Source of the DNA: Curvularia clavata
Taxonomy: Eukaryota
Direction of reading: 5' to 3'
NCBI GenBank assembly: GCA_023920165.1
Contig: CP089274.1
Coordinates: 2,542,001 to 2,606,000, forward strand
DNA length: 64,000 bases
The stretch's first letter is position 1. Each line of letters opens with the position of its first letter. Position numbers and translations under genes: made by a program. Positions 36,353-48,935 of the stretch are shown in pieces. Under the pieces are notes generated by a model, which saw only the letters and a program-made list of their open reading frames with translations, was not told where the DNA came from and did not search any database.

Positions 36353-39300
36353 ATGACGGCGCAAATCCTCTCCATGCATGCTGCGCACGCGTCAGACTTG
36401 AGAAAGATCCAGACGCAGTTTGGAGACAAGATGGACACCGCTGCTGGGGCTGCCAGCGAGCCCCCGACCCCCGCCTCGCCCGACAGTGGCGAGAACCGCG
36501 GCCGCCGACGCGACAGGGACGATGAGGGCGACACGGGCGACGGCGAAGGCGACGGCCACGGCTCCTCGAGAAAGAGACGGAGAAGCAGAAAGGGTCTGGA
36601 CAAGAAGTTTGAGTGCCCACACGAAGGCTGTGGCAAGAGCTACTCCCGCGCAGAACACCTGTACCGGCACCAGTTGAACCGTGAGTTTGCGCCGCTTGTG
36701 CCCATACACCACCCAAGGCTGCTAACACTGTTTGCGCAGACAACCCAAAGCAAATATACCATTGCGATTTCCCAGACTGCCACCGCTCCTTCGTCCGACA
36801 AGACCTCTGCGCTCGCCACAAAGAAAGACACACGGCGCGCGGCTCCCAATTGCTGCGCAAAGACACTTTTAACATGCACAATTTAAATCCCATAGTCACG
36901 GCCGCCCTGGGAGGAAAAAGCGCACCACCCGCCAAGGCGCCTGGTATCAAGACCCAAGTACCCCATGGGGTACAGTCTCCAGCCTCCGCAGCCTCCAATG
37001 GAGCGTCTGGTGGGCAAATGTCTCCGCCAAATTTCCACGCTTCCGCCCCGACCCCAACGCACACCAGGCAGGACTCATTGCAACGAAGAGGAAGCGACGA
37101 CACGTACCGCAGCAGCTCCGAGACTAAGCCTTACGATATGCAGGCCCAAAACTCTGGGAGCTTTGCACCCCCACCCCGTCCGGCCACTATGAGCAACTAC
37201 GGCGGAGGTCGGACGCCTCTCCACAACTCCCCACATGTGGGTAATGGCAACTTCACACGGCCCGAGCTGCGCACGCAGACATCCAGCACCAGCTCATACA
37301 ACTCGACGTCGCCCTACAACTCGGCCGTCACCCCGTCGCCATACACGCCTTCCGCCTCGTCGACTAGCTACCAAAATAGCGCAAGTGCGTATCAATCACA
37401 GCAAAATTTCCCTCCTTTCTCCTCCTTACCTCCTCCAGAGTATCCACAGTCAGCAGGCACCGTTGCATCCCGTGACCAGGAAAACCAGTACTACAATGGC
37501 TCATCCAGACAGACTCCAATCAATGGCACCGACTCTTCAGCCCAGATGGACAACAGAATGCAGAGCGTATCCGATGCCATCATGGACCAGAACCCTGCCT
37601 ATGCCATACCCATGTTTGGCGGCGGTGGATACAGCCGGTCGCCCTTTGCCATGGCCGACGACTTTGCTGCCTGGTTGTTCAACGACAGCCAATTCAACCC
37701 AAGAGGCACGTCCCCCATGGACTATCCCGGCGGTGCCAACTCTGCAGCTGGTGCGTCGTCTCAGATTGGTCTCCAAGCACCGTATTTTAACTATGACCCA
37801 TCAGTCGCTGGCTACCTGGATAACCCCGCCCCGCCTGCCCATCCCATGGCCGTTCACAGCATCTTGGACACGACCCTCCCAGAAGCTGCGCTTTCGGAAG
37901 AGAAGCGCAAAGATCTGCTTGACTTGATCCATCTCCGCTTCAACGAAACCGATCACACACCCGTCAAGAAGCAAAAAGAGGATATAATGGATGGTGACAA
38001 GGACGATGCTCGCCATGTCTTGAGTCTGCATATGATGCAGACATACATCAGCTCATACTGGGTCCACTTCCACCCTCAGCTGCCGATCCTGCACAAGCCA
38101 ACATTCAACCCAAGCACTTGCCCCGATCTCCTGCTGCTTGCTATCATGTGTCTCGGGGCGTCTTGTCTGGAGAAGAACTATGGTCAAGAAACTACACAAG
38201 CCTGCGCTGAGCTGGCCAACTTCCTGGCCTGGCACTTGCGCTGGGAGTTATTCATGGATGCCGACTTCCGCCCGCCTGCCAAACTTTGGATCTTCCAGGG
38301 GCTTCTCTTGTTGGAGAGCTTTGAAAAGATGTACTCGACCCGCCCATTACATGAGAGAGCGCATATCCACCACGCAACAACACTCACACTGATGAGGCGA
38401 GGAAGCTCACTGATTGGCCGGTCAGCCATGGATTCGCCTCCCAGCGTCAAAGACGGAAAGACCAACGGGCCAGGGGGAGTGAACACGCCTGACGAATGGT
38501 GGAACCACTGGATCACAAACGAGGCCACCAGGAGAGCTGCATTCGCAGCCTTTGTCATGGACAGCATCCACGCTACTATGTTCGGCCATAGTGCCGTCAT
38601 GGTCGCCCACGAAATGCGTCTGCCTCTGCCTTGTGACGAAGCTCTATGGTCTGCAACTAGCAGTTCTGAGGTCGGCCGTGTCGAGCAAACCTTGACTTCA
38701 AACGGAATCAAGCCCATGTCGTTCCTCGATGGTCTCAAGAAGACGCTGAATGGACAAAGCGTTCGTACAAATTCCTTCGGGCGCACCATCCTCATGGCTG
38801 GCCTGTTGAGTGTATCTTGGCACATGAATCAACGAGACTTGCAGGTCAGCTCCCTTGGTGTGACTACGGCGCTAGGTGGACGCGACAAATGGCGGGGCTC
38901 TCTCACTCGAGCCTTTGATTTCTGGAAGCAGGATTTCGACACCTCGCTCAGTCGACCGGACGAGTCTTCTTCTTCCCACACACACAGTTACTCCCAAGGA
39001 ATCGACGACGATATCGTCTTCGAATCACGGACGGTTCTCCACCACTTAGCTCATATGGCTATGCACGTTGATATTGTCGATTGTCAAATCTACGCTGGAG
39101 CACCCAGGTTGCTTGGTAGATCAATCACACCACAGGACTACAACGGCGCCCAACGCCGGATGAGGGACGTATGGGCCCCCACCGCCCGAGCCCGAGACGC
39201 CACTTTCTACGCCCTACGCTTCCTGTCCAGCGTCATGGTTAACGGGGAGCACAGCCTAAACCCCAACACCCCATCTACAGCTGGCTTTTCTTACTCTGCA

Positions 39301-39636
39301 CGCGACGATTACCTCCTCAACCGACCGTGGGTGTTGTATTTTGCCACATTGATTGTCTGGTCGTACGGATTCGCACTCGACGGTCCGGTTAAGGAACCCT
39401 ATCAACTCCCAACCTACGACGACAAGGTCAGAGACATGGTTCTTTATCTCAACCGTGTTGGTGGGGTAAGGTCGCCCGAGGATTTGAGCAAGACTACAAA
39501 TCGCAATGCCTGCTTGGGCTTGTTGATCATCATGAGAGATATGTTCAGAAAGACGAGATGGGAGTTGCTGCACGAGGCAAGCAACTTGTTGACCAAGTGC
39601 ATTGACATGCTTGTTCCGGGGTCGACTATGCTGTAA
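36353..39636 (+). CDS. C2H2 zinc-finger plus fungal-specific TF domain transcription factor (intron 36681-36739)
   Basis: FECPHEGCGKSYSRAEHLYRHQLNH and YHCDFPDCHRSFVRQDLCARHKERH fingers; YWVHFHPQLPILHKPTF and LPLPCDEALW Fungal_trans motifs. Confidence 0.92.
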
Positions 39637-40350
39637 ACATATTTTGTATGGGTGAAGAGTTATCTTCTTTTGCGTCTCGGCGCTACAATATTTGTCTGGC
39701 CTGCAATATCTGGGGTTAGACATGATGTTTTGTTATGAGGTTATGGCATGCTATGGGTATCTTTTGTTCTTGGTCTGTCCTTTCTGATATGATTGCATTA
39801 TAGCGAGGCTTTTTTTTACATGGTTCCATAATTTTGTTGAAATTTACAAGCGGCTAGGTGGTGGAGGGATGCGGGAGGAACACTGCTGAGCTGCTTGCTT
39901 TATACCCCGGGGTGGTGTATGTCTATGCGGCATGAGAATGGCTGGTGCTTTTCGATTTACATTTAGATGTTGAAATTGGCGGAACACGAAATTGAAGTGT
40001 CGTGTTGAAGAAAGAGGACAAATACTGCTTTGCATTGTGGTGACATTTTCTGTGGTTTGATATGGTTTTGTTGTTTGGGTGGTCGGTATTTGGTTAAAGC
40101 CTATGCACGTGAGAGCGCGGCAACGCGTTGCGCAAGCTTTCGCGACATGGAATCATATCGCCACAGCAGCGTGCGGAGTGGAGGCAGGGGTTCCAACACG
40201 TTCGCATCGTCTATGTAAGAAGCCCCAGGCTAGACCAATATAAAATCCTGCGCGCATTGCAATGAAACCTTTTTGACGCCATTGCGTCATCGATTCTGGA
40301 CGTAGTTCATCAGCGCTGTTCGCCAACGAGAACACGGCAATGCTCCAATT

Positions 40351-43300
40351 ATGCCTCGACTCAAGGCCGCTACCGTCTCTGACCAAACAGTACGAAAGCG
40401 AAAGCGAAAATCCTGCAATGACGACGAGAACCAAGCAGGGCCAGCTCCTGGAGGACTGAACGAAGACAGCCCCGATCAACCTGTTTCTGTCCAGGTCACC
40501 ACCACGACGAGCGTACCGACGAAGACGCACGACGGGGGAAAGAAACCACGGCGAACATCGAAGAAAACCGCCGCTAATAAGCCATCCCTCACGCGCCATG
40601 GATCGTCCACATTCGTCGAAACGTCCATACCATGGCCAGAGCACTTCACAAAGCTGGCTCAAGTGCATCGCGCGGTAAACCTAGTGTATACTTTTCTGTG
40701 CACGCGCAAGCATCTAGCAACGACACTGGGCAATCTCAAGAGCACAGTAGAAGGCAACATACAACGCGAGTTATTGGTCGAGGATGTGGCGCAAATCACC
40801 GCATTGATCCCAAAGGCAATCAACTTCACGTATGTGGACGAAGCGATGTTGCAGATTAATCTGATGGGCTCAGAAGACAACATGCAAGGGAGAAGCACAA
40901 CGGACTTTGCAATACTGGGGCCTGAGCCAGAAAAAGGGGAGCACAAGGAAGTTCTGCTCTTTGAGTTCATTGATGGCGATCTGAAGCGCCAGGTCCAGCA
41001 TAAGAAGACTGGGGAGCCTACAAACCCCTCGACCAAATTGCGCCATGAGGACCTCAAGATGCCGGTGTTTAGCCAGAAGCAGATGATGAATTTGATTGAG
41101 AAGAGGAATCTCAAGTTTACTTCGGCGGTCAATGCCTTTTTGAATCAGTGTGCCGAGGAAGGTGTTGATGCAGTGCAAAAGATCAAGGAGGCATCCGAGG
41201 CTTTCATTCCGATGCCAGCTGAGAGTAGAGCATCGACTCCAGGCCCAGAGAGGTCACTGCTCCCGTCAGCGATACCGGCACAGCGCAAGTCTGTTCCGGA
41301 AATTCTGAACGAAATCAAGACGCTCGAGTGGTATACTGGCCAGATTGTGCCAGACGGTCATCGTGTCTTCGATCCCCAGGAACCAGTGTATGGCGACCTC
41401 AACTTTGCCATGTCGCAGAATCTCGTCAATGCCCTGTATAATACGAAGAATATCACGCAGCTGTATGCTCACCAAGCCGAGGCTATAAACAATCTGTACG
41501 ATGGCCATCATGTTATTGTATCTACCTCCACAAGCTCTGGTAAATCCCTCATCTACCAGATACCTGTGCTGCATCAGCTGGAGCAAGAGCCAAATACGCG
41601 AGCCATGTACATCTTCCCTACCAAGGCGCTAGCCCAGGACCAGAGGAAGAGCATGAAGGAACTCTTGCGCTTCATGCCTGGCTTCGAAGATGTCCTAGTC
41701 GAGACTTACGACGGGGATACCCCGATGAGCGATCGTAACTATATCCGCGACGAGGCACGAATCATCTTCACGAATCCCGACATGCTGCATATTACCATTC
41801 TACCGCAGGAGGATTCCTGGCGCACGTTTCTGCAGAACCTCCGGTTCGTAGTCGTGGATGAGTTGCATGTGTACAATGGACTCTTTGGAGCACACATGGC
41901 GTTCATCATGCGGCGCCTACGAAGGATATGTGCGGCAGTGGGCAACCGCCATGTCAAGTTCGTCTCGTGCTCAGCCACCGTTGCGAATCCCGAAGAACAC
42001 ATGAAGACTATCTTTGGAGTCGATGAAGTCAGACTGACGGACTTTGACGGATCGCCTTCTGGTCGCAAAGAGTTTCTCTGCTGGAACACGCCTTTCAAAG
42101 ATCCTGGAGACCCTACGTCTGGACGCGGCGATTGCATGGCTGAGACTGCAAAGCTTTTCTGTCAACTCATGCTGCGAGGCGTGAGAACCATTGCGTTCTG
42201 TCGCATACGCAAACAGTGTGAAGCGCTGATGGTGGCTGTCAAGACGGAGCTGACGAATCTGGAACGACCAGAAGTCATTCCTCGCGTTACGTCGTATCGA
42301 GGTGGATACACGCCTCAAGACAGGCGAGAGATTGAGCGAGAAATGTTCGATGGCAAACTCTGTGGCATTGTCGCTACGAGTGCGCTTGAACTAGGTGTGG
42401 ATATCGGATCTTTGGATGCAGTCATTACAGTGGGTTTTCCCTACACGATTGCCAATCTCCGTCAGCAGAGTGGACGTGCTGGTCGGAGAAACAAGGACTC
42501 TCTGTCCGTTTTGGTCGGTGACAGCTTCCCTACGGATCAGTACTACATGTCGAACCCAGACGAAATCTTCACCAAACCAAATTGCGCGCTTCAGGTTGAT
42601 CTGGAGAATATGCTTGTTGTTGAAGGCCATATTCAGTGCGCTGCTCACGAGATGCCAATCAATGTAGAGGCTGATACGGTGTACTTTGGGCCTCTGCTTC
42701 CTAAGATTGCCCGCGAGCGTATGCGCCGTGACAAAGAAGGCTTCTACCACGTCAACGAGCGGTTTCTTCCGCAGCCATCTCGCACTGTGGCTATCCGTGA
42801 TACGGAAGAAGACCACTTTGCTATCATTGATGTCACAAATGGGAAGAATACAGTCCTCGAAGAGCTCGAAGCCAGCCGCGCCTTCTTTACGCTCTACGAC
42901 GGTGGTATATTCCTACACCAAGGCAACACCTACCTAGTCAAGGAGTTCTCCCCAGAGCGGATGCTTGCAAAAGTTGAGTACGTAAAAGTAGACTGGACAA
43001 CCCAGCAGCGCGACTACACAGACATCGACCCCGTCGAGACCGAGGCCATACGCCGCATCCCCGGCTCGCGATCCAAAGCCTTCTATGGCCCCATCAAAAT
43101 CAAACAAGTCGTCTACGGCTTCTTCAAACTCGACAAAAGGCGGCGGATCCTTGATGCCGTCCAAGTCGACAACCCACCCATTATCCTCTTCAGCAAAGGC
43201 ATGTGGCTCGACGTGCCCAAGTGCGCCATGGACATACTCAAGTCGCGGCGTCTCAACATCGCCGCCGGGATCCACGCCGCCGAACACGCCGTCCTGTCCC

Positions 43301-43908
43301 TCATGCCCAACTTTGTCATTTCAATGCCCGGCGACGTACGCACCGAATGCAAAGTCCCCGAGAAAGAGTTTCTGCAGAAGGAGTCCTCACGAAAGCGGCC
43401 TGCACGACTTACCTTTTACGATGCCAAGGGTGGTGCAAGTGGTTCTGGGATTAGTACCAAGGCATTTGAGTTCATCGATACGCTACTGCACCAGGCGTGC
43501 CAAAGATTGACGAGTTGCCATTGTCTGCAAGGGTGTAATGAGTGCTGTAATGACGATGCGTGTAAGCAAGCCAATCAGGTCATGTCCAAAGCCGGTGCCA
43601 TGGTTATTATCATGTGTCTGCTAGGCAAAGAGCGGCAGATTGATATTGAGAGTTTGCCCTGGGGCGAGGAGGATGTCGAGCAGGGTTTCGATACAGTCGT
43701 CGAGGCTGTGGGGGTAAGGATGGCGGAGGGGAAGGTGAGGGATGGGGGGACGTTGCCCGGAGAAGGGGACGATGGTGAGAGGATGGTGAGGGCGAGGTTG
43801 GTGGATGGTGTTTGGGTTAAGGAAGAAGAGGACGATGAGGAGGATCATTTCAAGAAGAGTATCAGGATGTACGGGGGAGAGAGGACGTTTATTGGGGTGC
43901 ACAGATAG
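40351..43908 (+). CDS. HRQ1: Hrq1/RecQ4-like (MrfA-type) helicase with C-terminal DUF1998 Zn domain
   Basis: TSTSSGKS, PTKALAQDQ, DELH, SAT, ATSALELGVDIG, QQSGRAGR, IHAAEHA and C-x-C-x3-C-x2-C motifs; intronless 1185 aa. Confidence 0.93.
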   Translation: MPRLKAATVSDQTVRKRKRKSCNDDENQAGPAPGGLNEDSPDQPVSVQVTTTTSVPTKTHDGGKKPRRTSKKTAANKPSLTRHGSSTFVETSIPWPEHFTKLAQVHRAVNLVYTFLCTRKHLATTLGNLKSTVEGNIQRELLVEDVAQITALIPKAINFTYVDEAMLQINLMGSEDNMQGRSTTDFAILGPEPEKGEHKEVLLFEFIDGDLKRQVQHKKTGEPTNPSTKLRHEDLKMPVFSQKQMMNLIEKRNLKFTSAVNAFLNQCAEEGVDAVQKIKEASEAFIPMPAESRASTPGPERSLLPSAIPAQRKSVPEILNEIKTLEWYTGQIVPDGHRVFDPQEPVYGDLNFAMSQNLVNALYNTKNITQLYAHQAEAINNLYDGHHVIVSTSTSSGKSLIYQIPVLHQLEQEPNTRAMYIFPTKALAQDQRKSMKELLRFMPGFEDVLVETYDGDTPMSDRNYIRDEARIIFTNPDMLHITILPQEDSWRTFLQNLRFVVVDELHVYNGLFGAHMAFIMRRLRRICAAVGNRHVKFVSCSATVANPEEHMKTIFGVDEVRLTDFDGSPSGRKEFLCWNTPFKDPGDPTSGRGDCMAETAKLFCQLMLRGVRTIAFCRIRKQCEALMVAVKTELTNLERPEVIPRVTSYRGGYTPQDRREIEREMFDGKLCGIVATSALELGVDIGSLDAVITVGFPYTIANLRQQSGRAGRRNKDSLSVLVGDSFPTDQYYMSNPDEIFTKPNCALQVDLENMLVVEGHIQCAAHEMPINVEADTVYFGPLLPKIARERMRRDKEGFYHVNERFLPQPSRTVAIRDTEEDHFAIIDVTNGKNTVLEELEASRAFFTLYDGGIFLHQGNTYLVKEFSPERMLAKVEYVKVDWTTQQRDYTDIDPVETEAIRRIPGSRSKAFYGPIKIKQVVYGFFKLDKRRRILDAVQVDNPPIILFSKGMWLDVPKCAMDILKSRRLNIAAGIHAAEHAVLSLMPNFVISMPGDVRTECKVPEKEFLQKESSRKRPARLTFYDAKGGASGSGISTKAFEFIDTLLHQACQRLTSCHCLQGCNECCNDDACKQANQVMSKAGAMVIIMCLLGKERQIDIESLPWGEEDVEQGFDTVVEAVGVRMAEGKVRDGGTLPGEGDDGERMVRARLVDGVWVKEEEDDEEDHFKKSIRMYGGERTFIGVHR

Positions 43909-44464
43909 AGAGTTGGTGCAATTATCTTTGCGCTTTACGTCGATGATCGCACCTCGCTTTTTGTTCTTATCCTATATTTGAGAGTCGCTTATTCTACTAA
44001 GAAAGGAATTCCAAGATTTTTCTATAAAGAGTGTTTCATTGTAGTGGAGTTGTAGGTATGCAAAGTAAGAACCCTGTATACAGCATACGTACCTAGTGAT
44101 GTTGGTGAATGCACCAATTCAAAAACGAAAACAACATCAAGTAAACATCAACATCAACACAGTTTAGAGTCTAACAAGACCACGTCGTCAGCGGCACAGC
44201 GCTTGTTGTCCGTAGTCGCAGGTATGATAGGGTACACGTCCTACACCGCTGGTTGCTAAGACGACGGGGCCTAGCTCGCCATTATTTTGACGCTCGACGC
44301 ACCACGCGGCCCACGCTCAGGCCTTACATCAAACAGCCCGTGTCCTCCTTCAACACCAAACTTCGAAAGCCCGCACACCGCCCTATACTACATTGCCCTG
44401 ATTTTCGAGCCTCTTTCGAACGAATTCCCAGCACCTTTTTGCTTACTCGACGCACACAGACACA

Positions 44465-45631
44465 ATGGTATGTGGAAAAGCATTTCGTATGTTTTTTTGT
44501 TGGACTGGACTAGGGAAAAGGAGACGGTGGCGGCTCGCTGGCTTGTTGTTACTTGCCCCGCACACACTTCGCACCGCACCGTATTGCACTGCACCACCGC
44601 AACGCCGCCGCCGCTGTTCGATCGCTCGCTCCCAGCCTGTTGTTCCGCCATGAGGGCATGCCAAAATGTTTGGATAGAGAAATCATGGTTGAGCTGGATG
44701 CTAAGCAGCGCTGAGACAGCGATAGCGATCGAATGGCAGCCGTGGAAACGGGGTACAGCAAGTGCGGCTCGGTGAGGAGCTGAATAGTGCGGCTCAAGAA
44801 CAAGGCACCAAAGACGGGAGATTACTCATTCTCCCTGCCCTTTTGGCTACACTGCGTAGTACACCCGTCTGCCCGCCAAAACAACGCTCACCACCGCACA
44901 CTCTCCATCAGCCTTTGGACCAGCAGCGGCGGCAGCGACTTTTCCCAAACCCAGAGATTTTCGCATACAGAGAAGGAAAGGGACAACATGGATAACAAGA
45001 ACCAGGCCTCTACCAACTACCGCGAAGCCTTCCAGCTCTTCGACAAGCGCGGCAACGGCCGTGTTGACCGCGCCGCTCTCGGCGACTTGCTGCGCGCGTG
45101 CGGACAGAACCCGACACTCGCTGAGATTGCGGATTTGGAGCGTGGCGTTGGTGCTGATTGTACGTTTTCTCCGTTCCCTTCACTTTCTCGCTATTCCCAA
45201 TCATTCTCCCTCGTCCCACCATCATTCCCCGCCCACTTATCCCCGCAACATTTCCCTTGCCCTAACTAACGCCCAAACAGTCGACTTCGACACCTTCTCC
45301 AAGATCCTCAACCGCCCCGGCGGCTTCCGCGAGCCCTTCGACATTGAAGAATACATCCGCGGCTTCCAAGTCTTCGACAAGGATCGGAGCGGCTTCGTCG
45401 GGAAAGGTCAAATCAAGTACATTCTGACCAATCTGGGTGAGAAGATGAGCGAGGAGGAGGTCGATGAGCTGTTCAAGAGCACCATTGACGCAAGTAATAA
45501 CGAGGTCGACTACAGGGGTGAGTTTAATTTTTCCCCCATTTCGTCGGCCCTTCCCAAATGGGGCATTTTCAAGTGGGGGTAATGGCTAATGTGAATGAAC
45601 AGAGTTCGTCAAGACGATTGCCGAGAACTAA
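44465..45631 (+). CDS. cdc4: Myosin essential light chain (Cdc4/Mlc1 EF-hand); ATG-only first exon at 44465 or start at 44988; introns 45160-45280, 45518-45602
   Basis: ASTNYREAFQLFDKRG...LGDLLRACGQNPTLAEI; EEYIRGFQVFDKD...ILTNLGEKMSEEEVDEL; terminal exon EFVKTIAEN*. Confidence 0.9.
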
Positions 45632-47142
45632 GATGTATCCTTTCTTCTCTTCTTCCTCCGATATCTTTCGGGGGGGCATTCGGACATAACTTCACCTTCA
45701 CCACCACGTCATCATCATCAACGGATGTGGGTTTAACGCGAGCATGTCTGGAAATGCGTCATGGTCCTATTTTTTTGCATGCTGGGTTCTTTTTCTGCTT
45801 TTTTTTTTCGCGGAGGCGTTGAATAACATACTACTTTGTCACGATGAGAAACTGCTTACTTACTATATCCTGCTTCCTTTTTTTGATATCTGGGCATGAT
45901 AGGATAGGGTAGGGTGGGTAGGAAAGGGATGCAAATTATACGATGCCGACTGTCTTTGTTGTGTTTATGGCTTCTTCTTTTGAGTGATGTGGGGGTGTGA
46001 GATGTTGCTAGTGTAGGAGACAGGACTTTTCCTTCTCCCTTTCCGTATGCCCTTGTGTATCTATGACACCATTGTACCCAACCTATAGGATACCATCTTC
46101 AGTTGCACGAGCATGTCAAACACCAAAGAAAGGCCAAGAAAGAATATTGCGGATATCTATTCATTCGCTCAAATAACCAACAACTCTATCGTGTGCTAGT
46201 CTGTGCTGGGAGACGGGTATCGTTCGTTGTTTGGCTATTCTCCATTGTTCTCCAAAAAAGCAAAAAGGTAGAACTCATCATGACGCCCTTCCTACTACCA
46301 CTACTACTCTACTCATGAAACAGCGAAAAGAAAAAAAAAAGGAACAAAGCCGTATCTTGAGTGATGAGTTAGTATTGGTAACTGTGGAAACGACAAGAGA
46401 AAAAAAGGAATCATGGGAGAAAGTAGGCTAGAGACACCGGCTCGCTACGCTGGCGTTTCCGGAGTAATCCGGAAGAGGGCAATGACGAAGTAAACAGAAA
46501 AAAAAACGTCGAGGTATAGATCGATGATGAAGATGTGATGATGACTGAGAGGAGAAGAAGAAAAAAGAAAAGAAAAGAAGAGAAGAGAAGTAGATCGACT
46601 TAGGAGAACTTAGGAGGAAGAGAGTAGAGAGAGAGAAAAAGAAAATATATGAATTCCCCGTTATTCCGAACGCCTGATTGCCCCCTCAGTCCCACGCTCT
46701 GACGCTGATGCTCCCAAAAATAGAAAAGTATGGTGTCTGTCTACATGAGGTAGATGGAGAGAGAAGAACAGATAGTAATTGTTATCTGAAAGAGAAACAA
46801 AAAGTTATGGCGATTTTTTTTGGGTTCCTTTTTTGCCTTGTGGAAAAGGGAGAAAGAAAAAAAAAGGCCGAGAAGAGTAAATCCATAATCATGATGACTG
46901 CCGGTGGTGGTGGAAGTGATAGGCGAAGGGGAGGGAGAGCATCCCGTTGCCGATCCAGATCCCCCGTGTATGTTCGCTACGCAAGGTCTCTCTCCCCTTT
47001 TGCTTCGGCACCGCATATAGAAAATGCCGGCGCGGCATCTCGCTTGGAGAAGCGAGAGAGGGTTAGGAGGCGCAGCCGGGATGACAAGAAAGGTGCTTGG
47101 GATGATAGGACTTTGTTTTGTGTCTTGCACTGCCCTCTTGGT

Positions 47143-47703
47143 TCACACTTTTACTTCGGTCACGCTGACTGTGCCGCCCATGGCGCCGGAAGAGGCAGCC
47201 GAGGCCGCGGCCATCTTGTTGGCAATCATGTCGCTGGTCTTGACGAAGCCACCCGGAAGCAAGAAGACATAATCTTCTCTTCGGCCGGTGCGGTCGACGG
47301 AGAACTGCTGCCAGTCAAGCTGGTAGCCGACAACAAGGTTGCAGCGACCACAACGTTGGAGGTAGCGCTTCTCAAAGCCAGAGTCGCTAGTGACAATTTC
47401 GGCTTGGCGGTCTTGTCGGGTGGAGAGGAGAAGTCCGTAGTGGTCATTGGTGCTGGTGGTCGAGTCGGCCGAGTTCTTACGTGAGGCAGGCGAGGGTGGC
47501 GGGGGCAGGGGCATGATGTGAGCGGCATCCCGAGTGTGGCGCCGTGTGGGCAGCGAGGGCAGAGGTGTGGTGGTTGCGAGGAGGAGATGGCTGCAGAGGC
47601 AGTGGTAGGTGTAGACGGTGTTTGAGGCCTGGAGGGAGATCTTCTCATCCGGGCTGGGCGAGGGCATGGCGAAATAGGCACGAGAGGTAGTGGCGATATC
47701 CAT
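47143..47703 (-). CDS. STEEP1/CXorf56 (UPF0428)-like protein
   Basis: TYHCLCSHLLL...LPTRR..D...GFEKRYLQRCGRCNLVVGYQ...YVFLLPGG pattern (CxC plus CxxC) typical of the family. Confidence 0.7.
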   Translation of the reverse strand: MDIATTSRAYFAMPSPSPDEKISLQASNTVYTYHCLCSHLLLATTTPLPSLPTRRHTRDAAHIMPLPPPPSPASRKNSADSTTSTNDHYGLLLSTRQDRQAEIVTSDSGFEKRYLQRCGRCNLVVGYQLDWQQFSVDRTGRREDYVFLLPGGFVKTSDMIANKMAAASAASSGAMGGTVSVTEVKV

Positions 47704-48935
47704 GGCGGTTGTGGTAGTTGTGGTGGTGAGTAGTCGTGTGTTTCGAAAATACGTATGGTATATATAATCCCACGTCAACGCAAAATGAAGCTGGACGGGT
47801 ACCGGTCAACGGGATCCGCGGTTGGCAAGTGTAGATGGAAACGTGGTACCACAAGTCGCGTGAAGACGACTCGAATACTGTGCAATGGGGTGATGATATC
47901 CTGAGTGGCGTGTGGGTGTAGAATCGGAGGTCCGACCACGCTTCTTATACTCTGGTATTAGTCGATATGGTGAAGCGGACCCTGATCCTGGTCGTTCCTT
48001 GCGCTTACGAGACAAGTACAGTTAGGGCGGTGGAACTGTGGGGATCCTTCTCTGTGCTATGCCCGCACGGGCCTGTATGAATGATCGACGGGGCGGACGA
48101 GCAATCTGAGGGTGCCAAGTCAATCAAGAACGGAGTGGGATTGTCCGTGCTCGCAAGGCGGGCGGACGAGGTCGAGTGGGATGTGTGATGTGGTGTGTGA
48201 TGATTTGTTTTAAAGGCCGTCCTGGGCGTGGAGGGCCAGAGCGCAGCGCCTCAGCCAAGCACGCTGATGAGACCCTCTTGGGCGCGTCGGCGGGTGGAGC
48301 TCGACAGGTCGCGTCTTGCAAACTAGAGGCTGGGAGGAGTCACAGACGGGTGCTAGTAGCAAAAAAACGTCGGAGTGAAGCCGGGCTCCACACAAACAAC
48401 GGCTATTGATAAGACGGAAGACACAAAACTGGTATGGGGAGATTGAAAACGGCCTGCAAACAGGACAGGGTGGATTTATAGTGAGCGCAACGCGCGGAGG
48501 GGCGGCGGCGACGGCGGCAGCGTCATGACAAGCCATCTGAGTGAGCACCGGAAAAAAAATAAAGGAACCCCACGATTCGACCCCACGGCGTTGGTAGGCG
48601 TGGAATGGATTGTGCGAATGGATTTGCAGCAGGCCGGCACGCGCTGGCAGTGTCTGGCTCTGGTACCATGTGATGCGACGAGGGGGGGCGCAAGCCAGAG
48701 AGGCAGGGCAGAAAGATGGGCCGAGAATCCACCCCCCTCTGCTCGCCTCGCAAATGGCAGCGACATAGGCCAAGACCAAGGGAAACTTCCGTCCGTTTCA
48801 CGAGTCTGACACAGGCGCGCCGTCGGCTGTGTTCCGGGGCTGTGATACTATCGGGGTCTTGGAAGCATACATGCTTGCGACGCTTTCGTCTGACACGCAC
48901 AGAAACAGACGGACAGCGTGCCAGAGACAGACAGC

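Noticed and set aside
46456..46474. Hairpin TTCCGGA-GTAA-TCCGGAA as a possible RNA gene
   Set aside because: Isolated short stem with no tRNA or snoRNA boxes around it.
46678..47484. 268-aa plus-strand ORF
   Set aside because: Non-ATG start, runs through A-rich low-complexity UTR sequence, and lies antisense to the STEEP1-like gene.
48716..48935. N-terminal extension of the FHIT ORF
   Set aside because: Artefact of reading through the intron frame; the spliced start at 48936 restores the conserved FG..V..QVF N-terminus.
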